DNA of 64,000 nucleotides from an uncultured bacterium (GTDB lineage Bacteria; Chlamydiota; Chlamydiia; Chlamydiales; SLFE01): NCBI GenBank assembly GCA_964584775.1, contig CAZPBC010000007.1, positions 7,320 to 71,319 of the forward strand, read 5' to 3'. Shown piece by piece: positions 17,608 to 26,617 of this stretch (position 1 is its first letter; each line of letters starts with the position of its first letter). The notes under the pieces were generated by a model. It saw only the letters and a program-made list of their open reading frames with translations, ran no database searches and was not told where the DNA came from. The position numbers and the translations under genes were made by a program.

Positions 17608-18432
17608 ATGAAAACGATCCAAATCGCTGATTTAAAGGTAGGCCCAGGCACTCCATTGACGTTGATTTCAGGCCCTTGTGTGATTGAGAGCTTGGAGGGC
17701 TGTCTCGCGGCTGCCGAGTTCTTAGTCTCTCTTACTAAGAGAAATGGGGTTCAGTTTGTTTTCAAATCAAGCTTTGACAAAGCCAACCGCTCCTCCATTG
17801 AGTCGTACCGCGGACCGGGACTTGAGGAGGGGTTAAAAATCCTGCAGAAGGTCAAAGAGACCTTGGGCTGTCCTGTCATCACTGACATTCACCTTCCAGA
17901 GCAGGCGGCCCCTGTCGCGGAGGTGTGCGACATTCTACAGATTCCTGCTTTCCTTTCGCGTCAGACAGACTTGCTCGTTGCGGCTGCAAAAACAGGCAAG
18001 CCGATCCAAGTGAAAAAGGGGCAATTCATGGCTCCTTGGGACATGAAAAACGTCGTGAACAAGCTTTTGGAGAGTGGAGCGACCGACTTGATGCTGGTCG
18101 ACCGTGGAACCTCATTCGGGTATAACAACCTCGTCAGTGACATGCGCTCGATTGCGTTGATGCAGGATCTCGGCTTCCCTGTCTGTTTTGATGCGACCCA
18201 TTCCGTTCAGCTTCCTGGGGGGCAGGGGGACATCTCTGGGGGGCAGAAAGAGTTTGTGGTTCCTTTGGCCCGCGCGGCTCTCGCTGTTGGCGCGAATGCA
18301 CTTTTTATGGAAGCACACAGAGAGCCTGAAAAAGGCCTCTCCGACCCTCTATCGATGATCGACTTCCGCTCTTTGGAGGAGGCGCTTCCCAAACTCGTCC
18401 GACTCTATGTGCTGACCCAGCAGGATGCGTGA
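17608..18432 (+). CDS. kdsA: KDO 8-phosphate synthase
   Basis: [59 protein letters not shown]. Confidence 0.96.
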   Translation: MKTIQIADLKVGPGTPLTLISGPCVIESLEGCLAAAEFLVSLTKRNGVQFVFKSSFDKANRSSIESYRGPGLEEGLKILQKVKETLGCPVITDIHLPEQAAPVAEVCDILQIPAFLSRQTDLLVAAAKTGKPIQVKKGQFMAPWDMKNVVNKLLESGATDLMLVDRGTSFGYNNLVSDMRSIALMQDLGFPVCFDATHSVQLPGGQGDISGGQKEFVVPLARAALAVGANALFMEAHREPEKGLSDPLSMIDFRSLEEALPKLVRLYVLTQQDA

Positions 18433-19019
18433 TGAACCGCTGGAGCTTTATTTCCGTCACTCTTCTTTTCTTCGGACTGATCGTCTACCTCTCGATCCCC
18501 ACGAGCGCGTCTAAAGAGCGCTACCATCAGATGATGGAGGGAAGAGTTCGCCCTGAGGGAGAGACACCCTACTTTAGCCAAGAGCGCGAGGGGGTGAAGA
18601 AGGAGCTTGTTCTCAGTGGGGACGAGCGCCTCAAAGCGACCCTTGTGGCTCCACGTTCGACTCTTTTGCTCGAAAAAGAGGGTGAGGAGTCAGATATCGT
18701 TGAGAAGCTCGGTAAGTTCAACTGCCTATTTCAAGAGGAGATCCGCCCGTCAAAAACCGATCCAGGGGAGAAAGAGCAGGTTGTCCGCGTCGTTTCGGCT
18801 GCCGGAGGGGACTTCTTTTACCATAAAGAACTTCTCACAGCGGGAGGGGTCTTTGTTTCAAAGTACCTCGTCCCTGGAGAGGAGCTCCCGTCCCGGGCGA
18901 TGCTCAAAGATCCCCTATTTAAGGGTGTGGCAAAAAGCGCGGATCTAAGCTTCAAGTCGGGATTCCATATCTCCTTTAAACATTTGAAGGCGACCTTTTT
19001 TGAGGAGGAGACTCCATGA
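18429..19019 (+). CDS. Membrane-anchored protein, LptC-like by position
   Basis: Single N-terminal TM helix followed by a beta-rich domain; lies in the kdsA...lptB operon with 4-nt overlaps. Confidence 0.55.
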   Translation: MMNRWSFISVTLLFFGLIVYLSIPTSASKERYHQMMEGRVRPEGETPYFSQEREGVKKELVLSGDERLKATLVAPRSTLLLEKEGEESDIVEKLGKFNCLFQEEIRPSKTDPGEKEQVVRVVSAAGGDFFYHKELLTAGGVFVSKYLVPGEELPSRAMLKDPLFKGVAKSADLSFKSGFHISFKHLKATFFEEETP

Positions 19020-20365
19020 AGCAGCTCCTTATCCTCCTCTTTCTCTTGACTGGAACACTCGCTGCTGAAGAGGTGAACTTCTCGATCGACGCAGACACGC
19101 TTAGCTATGACCGCGAGAATCAGTCTCTCACTGGGCAAGGAATTGTCATTACTTTCAAAGAGGGATCCAAACTCTTCGCGAGCCACGCGGAGGTGGATGC
19201 CGAGGGAAAGAAAGGGGTTGTCAGTCGCTCACAGAATGAGGAGCCAGTCGTCTTTACAGGACTGATTGATGACGAAGAGGGAGTGAAGAGGCCCTTGATC
19301 GTCAAAGCAGATCAGATGGGAGTGGAAACGCTTAAAGAAGGAGAGAGTGCCCGTCTCGCCATTTCCGCCTTTGGGCACGTTCAGATTTTTTTTGATGAGG
19401 AGTACACGGCTGAAGGAAGCGATGCCTCTTTTTTAACAGGGGAGGGTGAACTCGAAGGGAATTTTAGCTTTCCCAGGGGAGGAACCATCTTGCTCCATGG
19501 TGGAGAGTCTAAAGCGCGCGTCGAGAAAAAAAATGGGGATTTTATCCTTGCCGACGAGTTGCAGATTGATACCAAGACGCGTCTTGTGAAGGCCTCCTCT
19601 TTTGAAGCCGAGTTTTTCCTCCCTGAGCAGATGCAAGCTGTCAAAATCCAGGCTGGGTATGGGGTGTGGGACCCCTCTTCCTCCTCTCTAAAACTCAGTG
19701 ACCAGGTTTCGGTTCTCCTTGCTGGCCTTCTTAGCTTAGATGTGAACGGCGAGCTGATCATGGAGCCCTTGAACGATGAGTTTTTAACAAAAGGACGGGT
19801 CAAAACCAAAGGGGAGACCACTCTCTCAGCCCTCAAAGAGAGGCGTCGTCTCAAATGCTTTGGAACGCTCGACTTTGACGCGCTCACCGATCACCTCACT
19901 CTCACGACTCCCTCTTCATCGAAGGGCGCTCCCTCTCTTCAGGCGCGCTTTGTGGATGAGTATGTCGCTCTCTTTGCCAACACCATTGAAATCGATTTGA
20001 AGCGTGAAGGGGAGCACTTAGAAGCCAAGCAGCTTCTCTTTGATGGGAAGGTGAGAGCGTCGCTCCGCATGGTTCCAGACGAAAGGGTTAGCACCTTCTT
20101 GGAGCAATACGCTTTTGCGAGCCGGATGGAGTACCTTGTCGATGAGGGGAAGATGCGCTGCTATGGAGATGAGGAGCAGAAGGTTCTCTACCACAATCCG
20201 AATCGTGGGATCCAAATGAGTGCTCCTGAGCTGGTGGTCACGGGGCTTTTAAATAACCAGTTTGAAGCGAAAGGAGTGGGCAATGTCCGTCTGCGCTTAA
20301 ATCCTATTGAGGTTGAGAGAATCGAGGAAATGGTTCCTCTCTTACGCTCTTGGAGGTATAATTAA
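19016..20365 (+). CDS. Exported beta-rich protein, LptA/OstA-like by position
   Basis: Signal peptide [26 protein letters not shown] and IVKADQM-type beta-jellyroll segments; immediately upstream of lptB. Confidence 0.55.
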   Translation: MKQLLILLFLLTGTLAAEEVNFSIDADTLSYDRENQSLTGQGIVITFKEGSKLFASHAEVDAEGKKGVVSRSQNEEPVVFTGLIDDEEGVKRPLIVKADQMGVETLKEGESARLAISAFGHVQIFFDEEYTAEGSDASFLTGEGELEGNFSFPRGGTILLHGGESKARVEKKNGDFILADELQIDTKTRLVKASSFEAEFFLPEQMQAVKIQAGYGVWDPSSSSLKLSDQVSVLLAGLLSLDVNGELIMEPLNDEFLTKGRVKTKGETTLSALKERRRLKCFGTLDFDALTDHLTLTTPSSSKGAPSLQARFVDEYVALFANTIEIDLKREGEHLEAKQLLFDGKVRASLRMVPDERVSTFLEQYAFASRMEYLVDEGKMRCYGDEEQKVLYHNPNRGIQMSAPELVVTGLLNNQFEAKGVGNVRLRLNPIEVERIEEMVPLLRSWRYN

Positions 20366-20369
20366 AGAG

Positions 20370-21107
20370 ATGTCTGAATCCAGTTCAAAATTTCTCGAAG
20401 TCAAAGACCTCGTCAAAACCTATTCTGGTCGAGAGGTGGTTAGTGGGCTCTCCTTTTTCGTGAAACCCGGAGAGGTGGTCGGTCTGCTAGGCCCAAACGG
20501 AGCGGGAAAGACGACCGCTTTTTATATGACTGTCGGACTGATCCGTCCTGACCGTGGACAGGTGCTCTTCAAGAACCAGGATATCACGCGTGTACCGATG
20601 CATAAGCGTGCTAAAATGGGAATGGGGTACCTCTCTCAAGAGCCTTCTATTTTTCGGAGTTTGACGGTAGAGGAGAATATTCTCTGTATCTTGGAGACGC
20701 TCAACCTGTCCCATTCAGAGATCAAAGAGCGCCTTGAAGAGCTTCTTTTGGAGCTGGCCCTCGAGCCGCTTGCTAAGAAAAAGGCCGGAACGCTTTCAGG
20801 GGGAGAGCGGCGACGGTTGGAGATCACCCGCGCCCTTGCAACCCGTCCTTCGTTTCTCCTTCTCGATGAGCCTTTTGCGAACATTGACCCGATCTCTGTT
20901 CAAGAGCTGAAAGAGATGATCCGGCACCTCTCTGAGAAAAAAATCAGCATTCTGATCACAGACCACAATGCACGTGAGATCTTTAAGATTGTGGATCGCA
21001 GCTATCTTATAAGGGATGGAAAGGTGCTACTCGGTGGAACGGTCGATGAACTACTTGGACATGAAGAAGCACGCAGAACCTATTTTGGACGCGATTTTCG
21101 GCTTTGA
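20370..21107 (+). CDS. lptB: LPS export ABC transporter ATPase
   Basis: GLLGPNGAGKTT, GYLSQEPSIF, LSGGERRRLEI, LLDEPFANIDP, ILITDHN. ATG at 20370. Confidence 0.93.
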   Translation: MSESSSKFLEVKDLVKTYSGREVVSGLSFFVKPGEVVGLLGPNGAGKTTAFYMTVGLIRPDRGQVLFKNQDITRVPMHKRAKMGMGYLSQEPSIFRSLTVEENILCILETLNLSHSEIKERLEELLLELALEPLAKKKAGTLSGGERRRLEITRALATRPSFLLLDEPFANIDPISVQELKEMIRHLSEKKISILITDHNAREIFKIVDRSYLIRDGKVLLGGTVDELLGHEEARRTYFGRDFRL

Positions 21108-21605
21108 CTGTCCCTGAGTTTTAAAGGCAGGTGTGGCTCTTTTGTGGTTCTCACAGAAGAAGTAGCGGATCTCATCACGAGCAGCGTCGGCTGACTCGGA
21201 TCCATGGACAGCATTCTCTCCACGGTCGGTTCCATAGAGCGCGCGTAGGGTTCCTGGCAACGCTTCCTTAGGATCGGTTGTTCCAATGAGCTCTCTATAG
21301 CGAGAGATCGCGTTATCTGACTCTAGGATCATCGCAATGAGGGGGCCTGAGGACATGTAGTCGGTGAGCTCCTGGAAGAAGGGGCGGTCCTTGTGCTTTT
21401 TGTAAAAGTGTCCCGCCTCTTCAGGAGTCATGTGGATGATTTTGACCTGGTTGATCTCCAGGCCATTTTCTCGGATTAGATGAATGATCTCATTCGCTTT
21501 GTTCTGCTTGACGGCGTCAGGCTTGATCAAAGCAAGGGTCTCCTCAGCCACAACGGGGCTGAACACGAGGGTTAAGAGTGTGGCAAAGAGGAGAGAGAGT
21601 CTCAT
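21051..21605 (-). CDS. ndk: Nucleoside-diphosphate kinase paralogue with N-terminal signal peptide
   Basis: [20 protein letters not shown] then [28 protein letters not shown], catalytic NAVHGSES. Confidence 0.88.
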   Translation of the reverse strand: MRLSLLFATLLTLVFSPVVAEETLALIKPDAVKQNKANEIIHLIRENGLEINQVKIIHMTPEEAGHFYKKHKDRPFFQELTDYMSSGPLIAMILESDNAISRYRELIGTTDPKEALPGTLRALYGTDRGENAVHGSESADAARDEIRYFFCENHKRATPAFKTQGQSKPKIASKIGSACFFMSK

Positions 21606-22036
21606 GCAGTCGTCCTTTGAATGATTTGGTTTGGTTTAAAGAAATATCCGATTTCAAATGCGGCAGTCTCAGGAGCATCGGAGCCATGGACCGCATTTTT
21701 CTCGATGTTTGAGGCGAAATCAGCGCGGATCGTACCAGGGGCAGCGTCGGCGGGGTTGGTCGCTCCCATCACTTCGCGGTTTTTGAGAATAGCGCCTTCG
21801 CCTTCGAGAACCATCACTAGGACAGGGCCCGAGATCATGAACTCAACAAGGTCATTGAAGAAAGGGCGCTCTTTGTGAACGGCATAGAAGCCTTCCGCTT
21901 CTTCACGAGTGAGGTGTTTGAACTGTGCAGCAGCAACTCGAAGGCCAGCAGCTTCTAGGCGGCTGACGATGTTACCGATGTTGTTCGCGCCAACGGCGTC
22001 AGGTTTAACAATAGAAAGGGTTTGTTCGATTGCCAT
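21602..22036 (-). CDS. ndk: Nucleoside-diphosphate kinase (cytoplasmic)
   Basis: [44 protein letters not shown]. Confidence 0.96.
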   Translation of the reverse strand: MAIEQTLSIVKPDAVGANNIGNIVSRLEAAGLRVAAAQFKHLTREEAEGFYAVHKERPFFNDLVEFMISGPVLVMVLEGEGAILKNREVMGATNPADAAPGTIRADFASNIEKNAVHGSDAPETAAFEIGYFFKPNQIIQRTTA

Positions 22037-22239
22037 AGGTCAAATATCCTTTTAGGTGCAGTGTCAGGTGTTTTTTGCTTTCGGCTAATTATGCAAAATC
22101 TCTCCTTCGTGTCAATAAAATCTTGCTCTAAAAAAACTCTTATTTTAACCTCTTTGCCCACCTTGAATAGGGTGGTGTGATTTGTGAACTTTTCTTTGCT
22201 TCAAAGCTCCCAAATATGGTAACTTTTCGAGGGTAAAAT

Positions 22240-24639
22240 ATGAAAATACCCCTCTCCTGGCTCAATCAATATATTCCTCTGAAGCAGTCCCCTGCGGAAC
22301 TGGCAAAGATCCTCACGATGCTTGGTATCGAAGTGGAGGCGATCGAAACGTTTACGCCTTCATTTACTGGAGTTGTTGTCGGTAAAGTCGTTGAGACCAG
22401 TTCTCACCCCAATGCGGAAAGCCTCCAACTTTTGAAAGTGACAAATGGTCAAGAGGTCGTCAGTCTTGTTTGCGGCGACATGAGCGTTGTTTCCGGGGAG
22501 AAGATTGCGTTATGTCAGGTCGGAGCCAAGCTTGAAGATGAGAAGGGGGAAACCTTCAAAATCCGCAAGGCAAAGATCCGTGGTGAAGAGTCTTTTGGAA
22601 TGCTCGCATCCGCGAAAGAGTTGAAGATTTCAGATGACGATGAGGGAGTGCTCCGTTTTCCTGAGGATACGGCAGAAGGGCTTGAGGTCGCCTCCTTTTT
22701 CAATGAGACCATTTTCGATGTGGCCCTGACTCCCAACCTTGGTTATGCTGCGAGTCTAATCGGAGTGGCAAGAGAGCTTTCTGCCTTTACCTCTCAGCCT
22801 TACACAACTCCTCCTGCACCGCTCACTGAAGAGACAAAAAAAGTGAGTGAGGTGGCGAAGGTCGACGTCCGTGACCCTGAAGGGTGTCCACGTTACGCTG
22901 CAAGGGTTGTCGAGGGAGTGCGCGTCGGACCGTCTCCTCAATGGCTTCAAGAGAAACTCGTGCGCGCGGGACTCCGTCCTGTCAACAATGTGGTCGATGT
23001 GACCAACTTTGTCCTCCTTGAAACAGGCCAGCCACTGCATGCTTTTGATCTCAAATTGCTTAAAGACCAACAGATCGTGGTACGTCGGTCGATAGAAGGG
23101 GAGCACCTCGTCACTCTCGACGACAAGTGCCACACTCTGAAAGAAGGATCGCTCATCATTGCAGATAGCAAGAACCCTGTGGCTCTTGCTGGTGTGATGG
23201 GGGGCAAAGAGAGTGAAGTCACAGAAAAGACTGTCGATATTCTCATCGAGTCGGCCCATTTTCATCCTTCCTTAGTACGGAAGATGAGTAAGGAGTATCA
23301 GATCTCTTCAGATGCCTCCCGCCGTTTTGAAAGAGGAGCCGATTTTGAGGCGGTCCGCCCAGCTCTTGACCGCGCGGCCTCACTCATCCAGCAGCTGGCT
23401 GGGGGGAGAGTTCTCAGTGAGCCGATCGACCAGATCGCTAGCGCGCCAAAGACCAAGACGATCCCTCTTCGTTTTGAGCGTGTGAACTATCTTCTCGGGA
23501 CTCTTCTCAGCCCGAGTGAGATTGAAACCGTTTTTGAAAGACTGAGCTTTCCCTTTCAGCGTGAGGGGGAGGATCAAATCTTAGTGACCATCCCCTCCTA
23601 CCGTGTGGATATCTTTGGAGAGGTCGATCTCATCGAGGAGGTCGCCCGCCTCTACTCTTTTGACAACATTCCCAAAAAAGAGAGCCGTTATGTCGGCTCG
23701 AGTGCTGAAGACAGCCCTCTCTTCTTGATGGAGCGTTCTGCTAGAAAACGCGCGGCACGCGAAGGGCTGCAAGAATTTTTGACCTGCGATTTGATCAGCC
23801 CGTCAATGACAAAATTGGTTCAAGGAGAGGTGATTTCAGAAGAGTCGGTCGTTAAAGTGACCAACCCCACCTCCATTGAGCAGTCGATTCTGCGCCCCTC
23901 TCTGCTCCCAGGACTCCTCGGTGTGGTGAAACACAACTTCGACCAACAGATTTTCAATGTCTCTGGCTTTGAAGTGGGGAGGATTCATCTCCGAGAAGGG
24001 GATGAGTACCGCGAACCTTCGATGTTGGGAGTGATCCTCACCGGAAAAGCCCGTCCCCATCACTGGGAAGCGAAACCTCATCTTGTGGATTTTTATGATT
24101 TGAAAGGAATCTTAGAAAACCTCCTTGAAGGACTCAGTCTGTCCGGGATGCGTTTCGTTCCAAGTGAACTCCACACTTTCCATCCTGGCCGCCAAGCGAA
24201 GCTCTTTGTCGATGAGGCTCTCATCGGCTCTTTCGGTGAGTTGCACCCGTCACTCACGAGAGAGTGGGGAATCAAAGAGCGTGTCTACTACGCAGAAATC
24301 AGCTTGAATGATGTCTTACAGCTTCAACAAAAAGTGAAGAAGCTTGTTCCACTCTCTCTCTATCCCTCTTCATCTCGTGACTGGACAGTCACGATGAAAG
24401 AAGAGGTTCCCTCCTCCGATGTGATCCAAGCGATTGAAAAGAGCGATTCGAAGCTTCTGGAAAGCGTCGAACTACGCGATCTCTTTGTTAGCGATCGGAT
24501 CGGGCAGGGATTAAAAAATGTCACCTTCCGCTTCACCTACCGCAATCTCGAAAAAACGGTTCAGCAGAAAGAAGTGGATCAGGAGCATGAGAAAATCACA
24601 TCAGAAACGTTAAAACAGCTCGGCAAAGCCGTCATCTAA
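22240..24639 (+). CDS. pheT: Phenylalanine--tRNA ligase beta subunit
   Basis: MKIPLSWL, HPNA, IRGEESFGML, LTPN, NNVVDVTNFV, GQPLHAFD, DASRRFERG, LIEEVARLY, LRPSLLPGLL, C-terminal FDX-ACB domain. Confidence 0.96.
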   Translation: MKIPLSWLNQYIPLKQSPAELAKILTMLGIEVEAIETFTPSFTGVVVGKVVETSSHPNAESLQLLKVTNGQEVVSLVCGDMSVVSGEKIALCQVGAKLEDEKGETFKIRKAKIRGEESFGMLASAKELKISDDDEGVLRFPEDTAEGLEVASFFNETIFDVALTPNLGYAASLIGVARELSAFTSQPYTTPPAPLTEETKKVSEVAKVDVRDPEGCPRYAARVVEGVRVGPSPQWLQEKLVRAGLRPVNNVVDVTNFVLLETGQPLHAFDLKLLKDQQIVVRRSIEGEHLVTLDDKCHTLKEGSLIIADSKNPVALAGVMGGKESEVTEKTVDILIESAHFHPSLVRKMSKEYQISSDASRRFERGADFEAVRPALDRAASLIQQLAGGRVLSEPIDQIASAPKTKTIPLRFERVNYLLGTLLSPSEIETVFERLSFPFQREGEDQILVTIPSYRVDIFGEVDLIEEVARLYSFDNIPKKESRYVGSSAEDSPLFLMERSARKRAAREGLQEFLTCDLISPSMTKLVQGEVISEESVVKVTNPTSIEQSILRPSLLPGLLGVVKHNFDQQIFNVSGFEVGRIHLREGDEYREPSMLGVILTGKARPHHWEAKPHLVDFYDLKGILENLLEGLSLSGMRFVPSELHTFHPGRQAKLFVDEALIGSFGELHPSLTREWGIKERVYYAEISLNDVLQLQQKVKKLVPLSLYPSSSRDWTVTMKEEVPSSDVIQAIEKSDSKLLESVELRDLFVSDRIGQGLKNVTFRFTYRNLEKTVQQKEVDQEHEKITSETLKQLGKAVI

Positions 24640-24650
24640 AGGGGTCTCCC

Positions 24651-25598
24651 ATGAAAAAAATTGCAATAATGAGTCTATTTAGCTTCACCCTCCTCTTCAC
24701 AGGTTGTGCTTCAAACTCGAAGCGCTGTGTGAGTGAATCTTATGTTCACAAGTATGGTCTAGAAGTTCCTGAGAGTGAATGGGCTGCTAGAGGCGGAGAT
24801 GGGACTGTCATTACCACTCTTGAGTCGGGAGTCACAGTCACAAAAAACTACACGGGCGGCAAGCTCGACGGGGAGACAACCTACTCTTTCCCACATAGTG
24901 ACCTCATTGAGAAGAAAGAGGTCTATACGGATGGGCGCCTCGACCGCGTGATTGTCCACTCAGAGAGTGGGTGGCCTTATGAAGAGCTTGCTTTTATGGA
25001 GGGTCAAGTCCGCAAAACCCGTTGGTACAAAACGGGTGCTCCACAGGCGGTAGAGACCTTAGAAGAAGGGTATGTCGTCAATGGTGAGTACTTCTCACAA
25101 GACAATGCTCTTGAGAGCCGCGTGATCGAAGGGGAAGGACTCCGCATCGTGCGTGACGCTTACGGTGAGCACCTCTATAACGAAAAAATTGAGGAGGGCG
25201 ATGTGGTCCTCCAGCTCAGCTACCACCCCAATGGAGTCCTCAAGAGAGAAACTCCCTATGTCGGAGGTGAAATTGATGGAATCCGCAAGTCCTATCTTCC
25301 TACTGGAGAGCCTCGTACCCTAGAGCACTTCACGGCAGGTGCCCAACAAGGTCTTTCCGTTGTTTACAAGAACGGCACTGTCTGGAGAGAAGTTCCGTAT
25401 GTTCGAGGTGAACGCTCGGGTGTTGAGAAGGTCTATAAAAACGGAGATGAAATCGTCCAGGAGATCACTTGGTTTGAGGATAAGAAGCACGGACCTACCC
25501 GTACCTATGTCGGTGACCATGTCACAACGAAGTGGTACTATATGGGAGATGTGATGCCAAAGAACAAGCAACCCAACTGGGCCAAGCCTACGGAGTAG
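24651..25598 (+). CDS. Lipoprotein with MORN/YwqK-type repeats (CT476-like)
   Basis: Lipobox LFTGC; repeats such as YTGGKLDGETTY, YHPNGVLKRETPYVGGEIDG, YKNGTVWREVPYVRGERSG. Confidence 0.75.
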   Translation: MKKIAIMSLFSFTLLFTGCASNSKRCVSESYVHKYGLEVPESEWAARGGDGTVITTLESGVTVTKNYTGGKLDGETTYSFPHSDLIEKKEVYTDGRLDRVIVHSESGWPYEELAFMEGQVRKTRWYKTGAPQAVETLEEGYVVNGEYFSQDNALESRVIEGEGLRIVRDAYGEHLYNEKIEEGDVVLQLSYHPNGVLKRETPYVGGEIDGIRKSYLPTGEPRTLEHFTAGAQQGLSVVYKNGTVWREVPYVRGERSGVEKVYKNGDEIVQEITWFEDKKHGPTRTYVGDHVTTKWYYMGDVMPKNKQPNWAKPTE

Positions 25599-26133
25599 AA
25601 GGAATTCCTTCCCACTCCTCTTTTAAAACTTCTAAAAAGTTTCCCGCCTCGTCTGTCTGATACGTTTTCTTCAGGACGGGGCGTTTTTCTCTATCAAAAA
25701 GTAGGGCGCCTGAGAAAGCGTCTCCTAAGTGGCTGTAATAGAGCTTTGTGGTGAGAAGGTGCCAACCGTGGAGGGAAAAGAGCTCCACTTGTTTAGGAAG
25801 ACCCTCCTCAAAAGTGTGGACCTCCTTGAGGATGAGGCGGTCATTTCCATCTCGGATTAAGCAGGAGACACACTCCTTTGTTACTTCGACTGTTTCGCTT
25901 TGCCAAGCCTGTTGGTGTTCGGGTTTCAGCTTGCGGAAATCGAGGAGCTGCGAGTCGTAGACAAGCGTTTCATACTTTCCAAAATGGTAGCGCTCGACGC
26001 TATAGTGTTTAAAGTAGGGATCGGTGATAATCTTATAGGAAACGGGAAGTGTTTCGCCTTCAGGATGAGGATCTCGGCCTACAGGCTTTCCCGCCTTCCA
26101 TACATAATCTGTGTAAAAAGGGTGCATCAGCAT
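25588..26133 (-). CDS. Hypothetical protein
   Basis: 181-aa ORF exactly filling the gap between two genes; protein-like composition. Confidence 0.6.
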   Translation of the reverse strand: MLMHPFYTDYVWKAGKPVGRDPHPEGETLPVSYKIITDPYFKHYSVERYHFGKYETLVYDSQLLDFRKLKPEHQQAWQSETVEVTKECVSCLIRDGNDRLILKEVHTFEEGLPKQVELFSLHGWHLLTTKLYYSHLGDAFSGALLFDREKRPVLKKTYQTDEAGNFLEVLKEEWEGIPSTP

Positions 26134-26617
26134 GCAGTATAGTCAGAAGCGATATTCTAATTCAAATGGACCCCAGGTAGCGGCTCATCTTCAGTTTGAG
26201 AATAGGCGTCTGAAGTGTGTGAGTCTCGCTCTAGCTGAGAGCTTCGTAGCCACTCTAACAGGGGAGGTGTGTGAAGAGGAACTGGAAGAACTTTTTGAAG
26301 CCCTCACAAAGTTCTGTGAGAAAGAAACCTTTGATCTCCCTTCACTCATTGATCCCCATACTGTCACAGAGTTTTCTCAGTCTGTGTATAGGGAGCTCTG
26401 TCAAGTTTCGATGGGGGAAACGGTCACCTACAAAGAGCTGGGTGATAGAATTGGAACTCGCTCACCAAGAGCTGTGGGCCGTGCACTGAACCGCAATCCT
26501 TGGCCGCTTTTCATTCCCTGTCACCGGGTTGTCATGCAGTCGGGGTTGGGGGGATTCCATGAAGGAGTGGAAGTCAAAAGGGCCCTTCTTAGCTGGGAGT
26601 CAGAAGCCCAAGCTTGA
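26132..26617 (+). CDS. ogt: Methylated-DNA--protein-cysteine methyltransferase
   Basis: GETVTYKELG, RAVGRAL, active-site IPCHRVV, GGF..G...K..LL..E. Confidence 0.92.
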   Translation: MQYSQKRYSNSNGPQVAAHLQFENRRLKCVSLALAESFVATLTGEVCEEELEELFEALTKFCEKETFDLPSLIDPHTVTEFSQSVYRELCQVSMGETVTYKELGDRIGTRSPRAVGRALNRNPWPLFIPCHRVVMQSGLGGFHEGVEVKRALLSWESEAQA

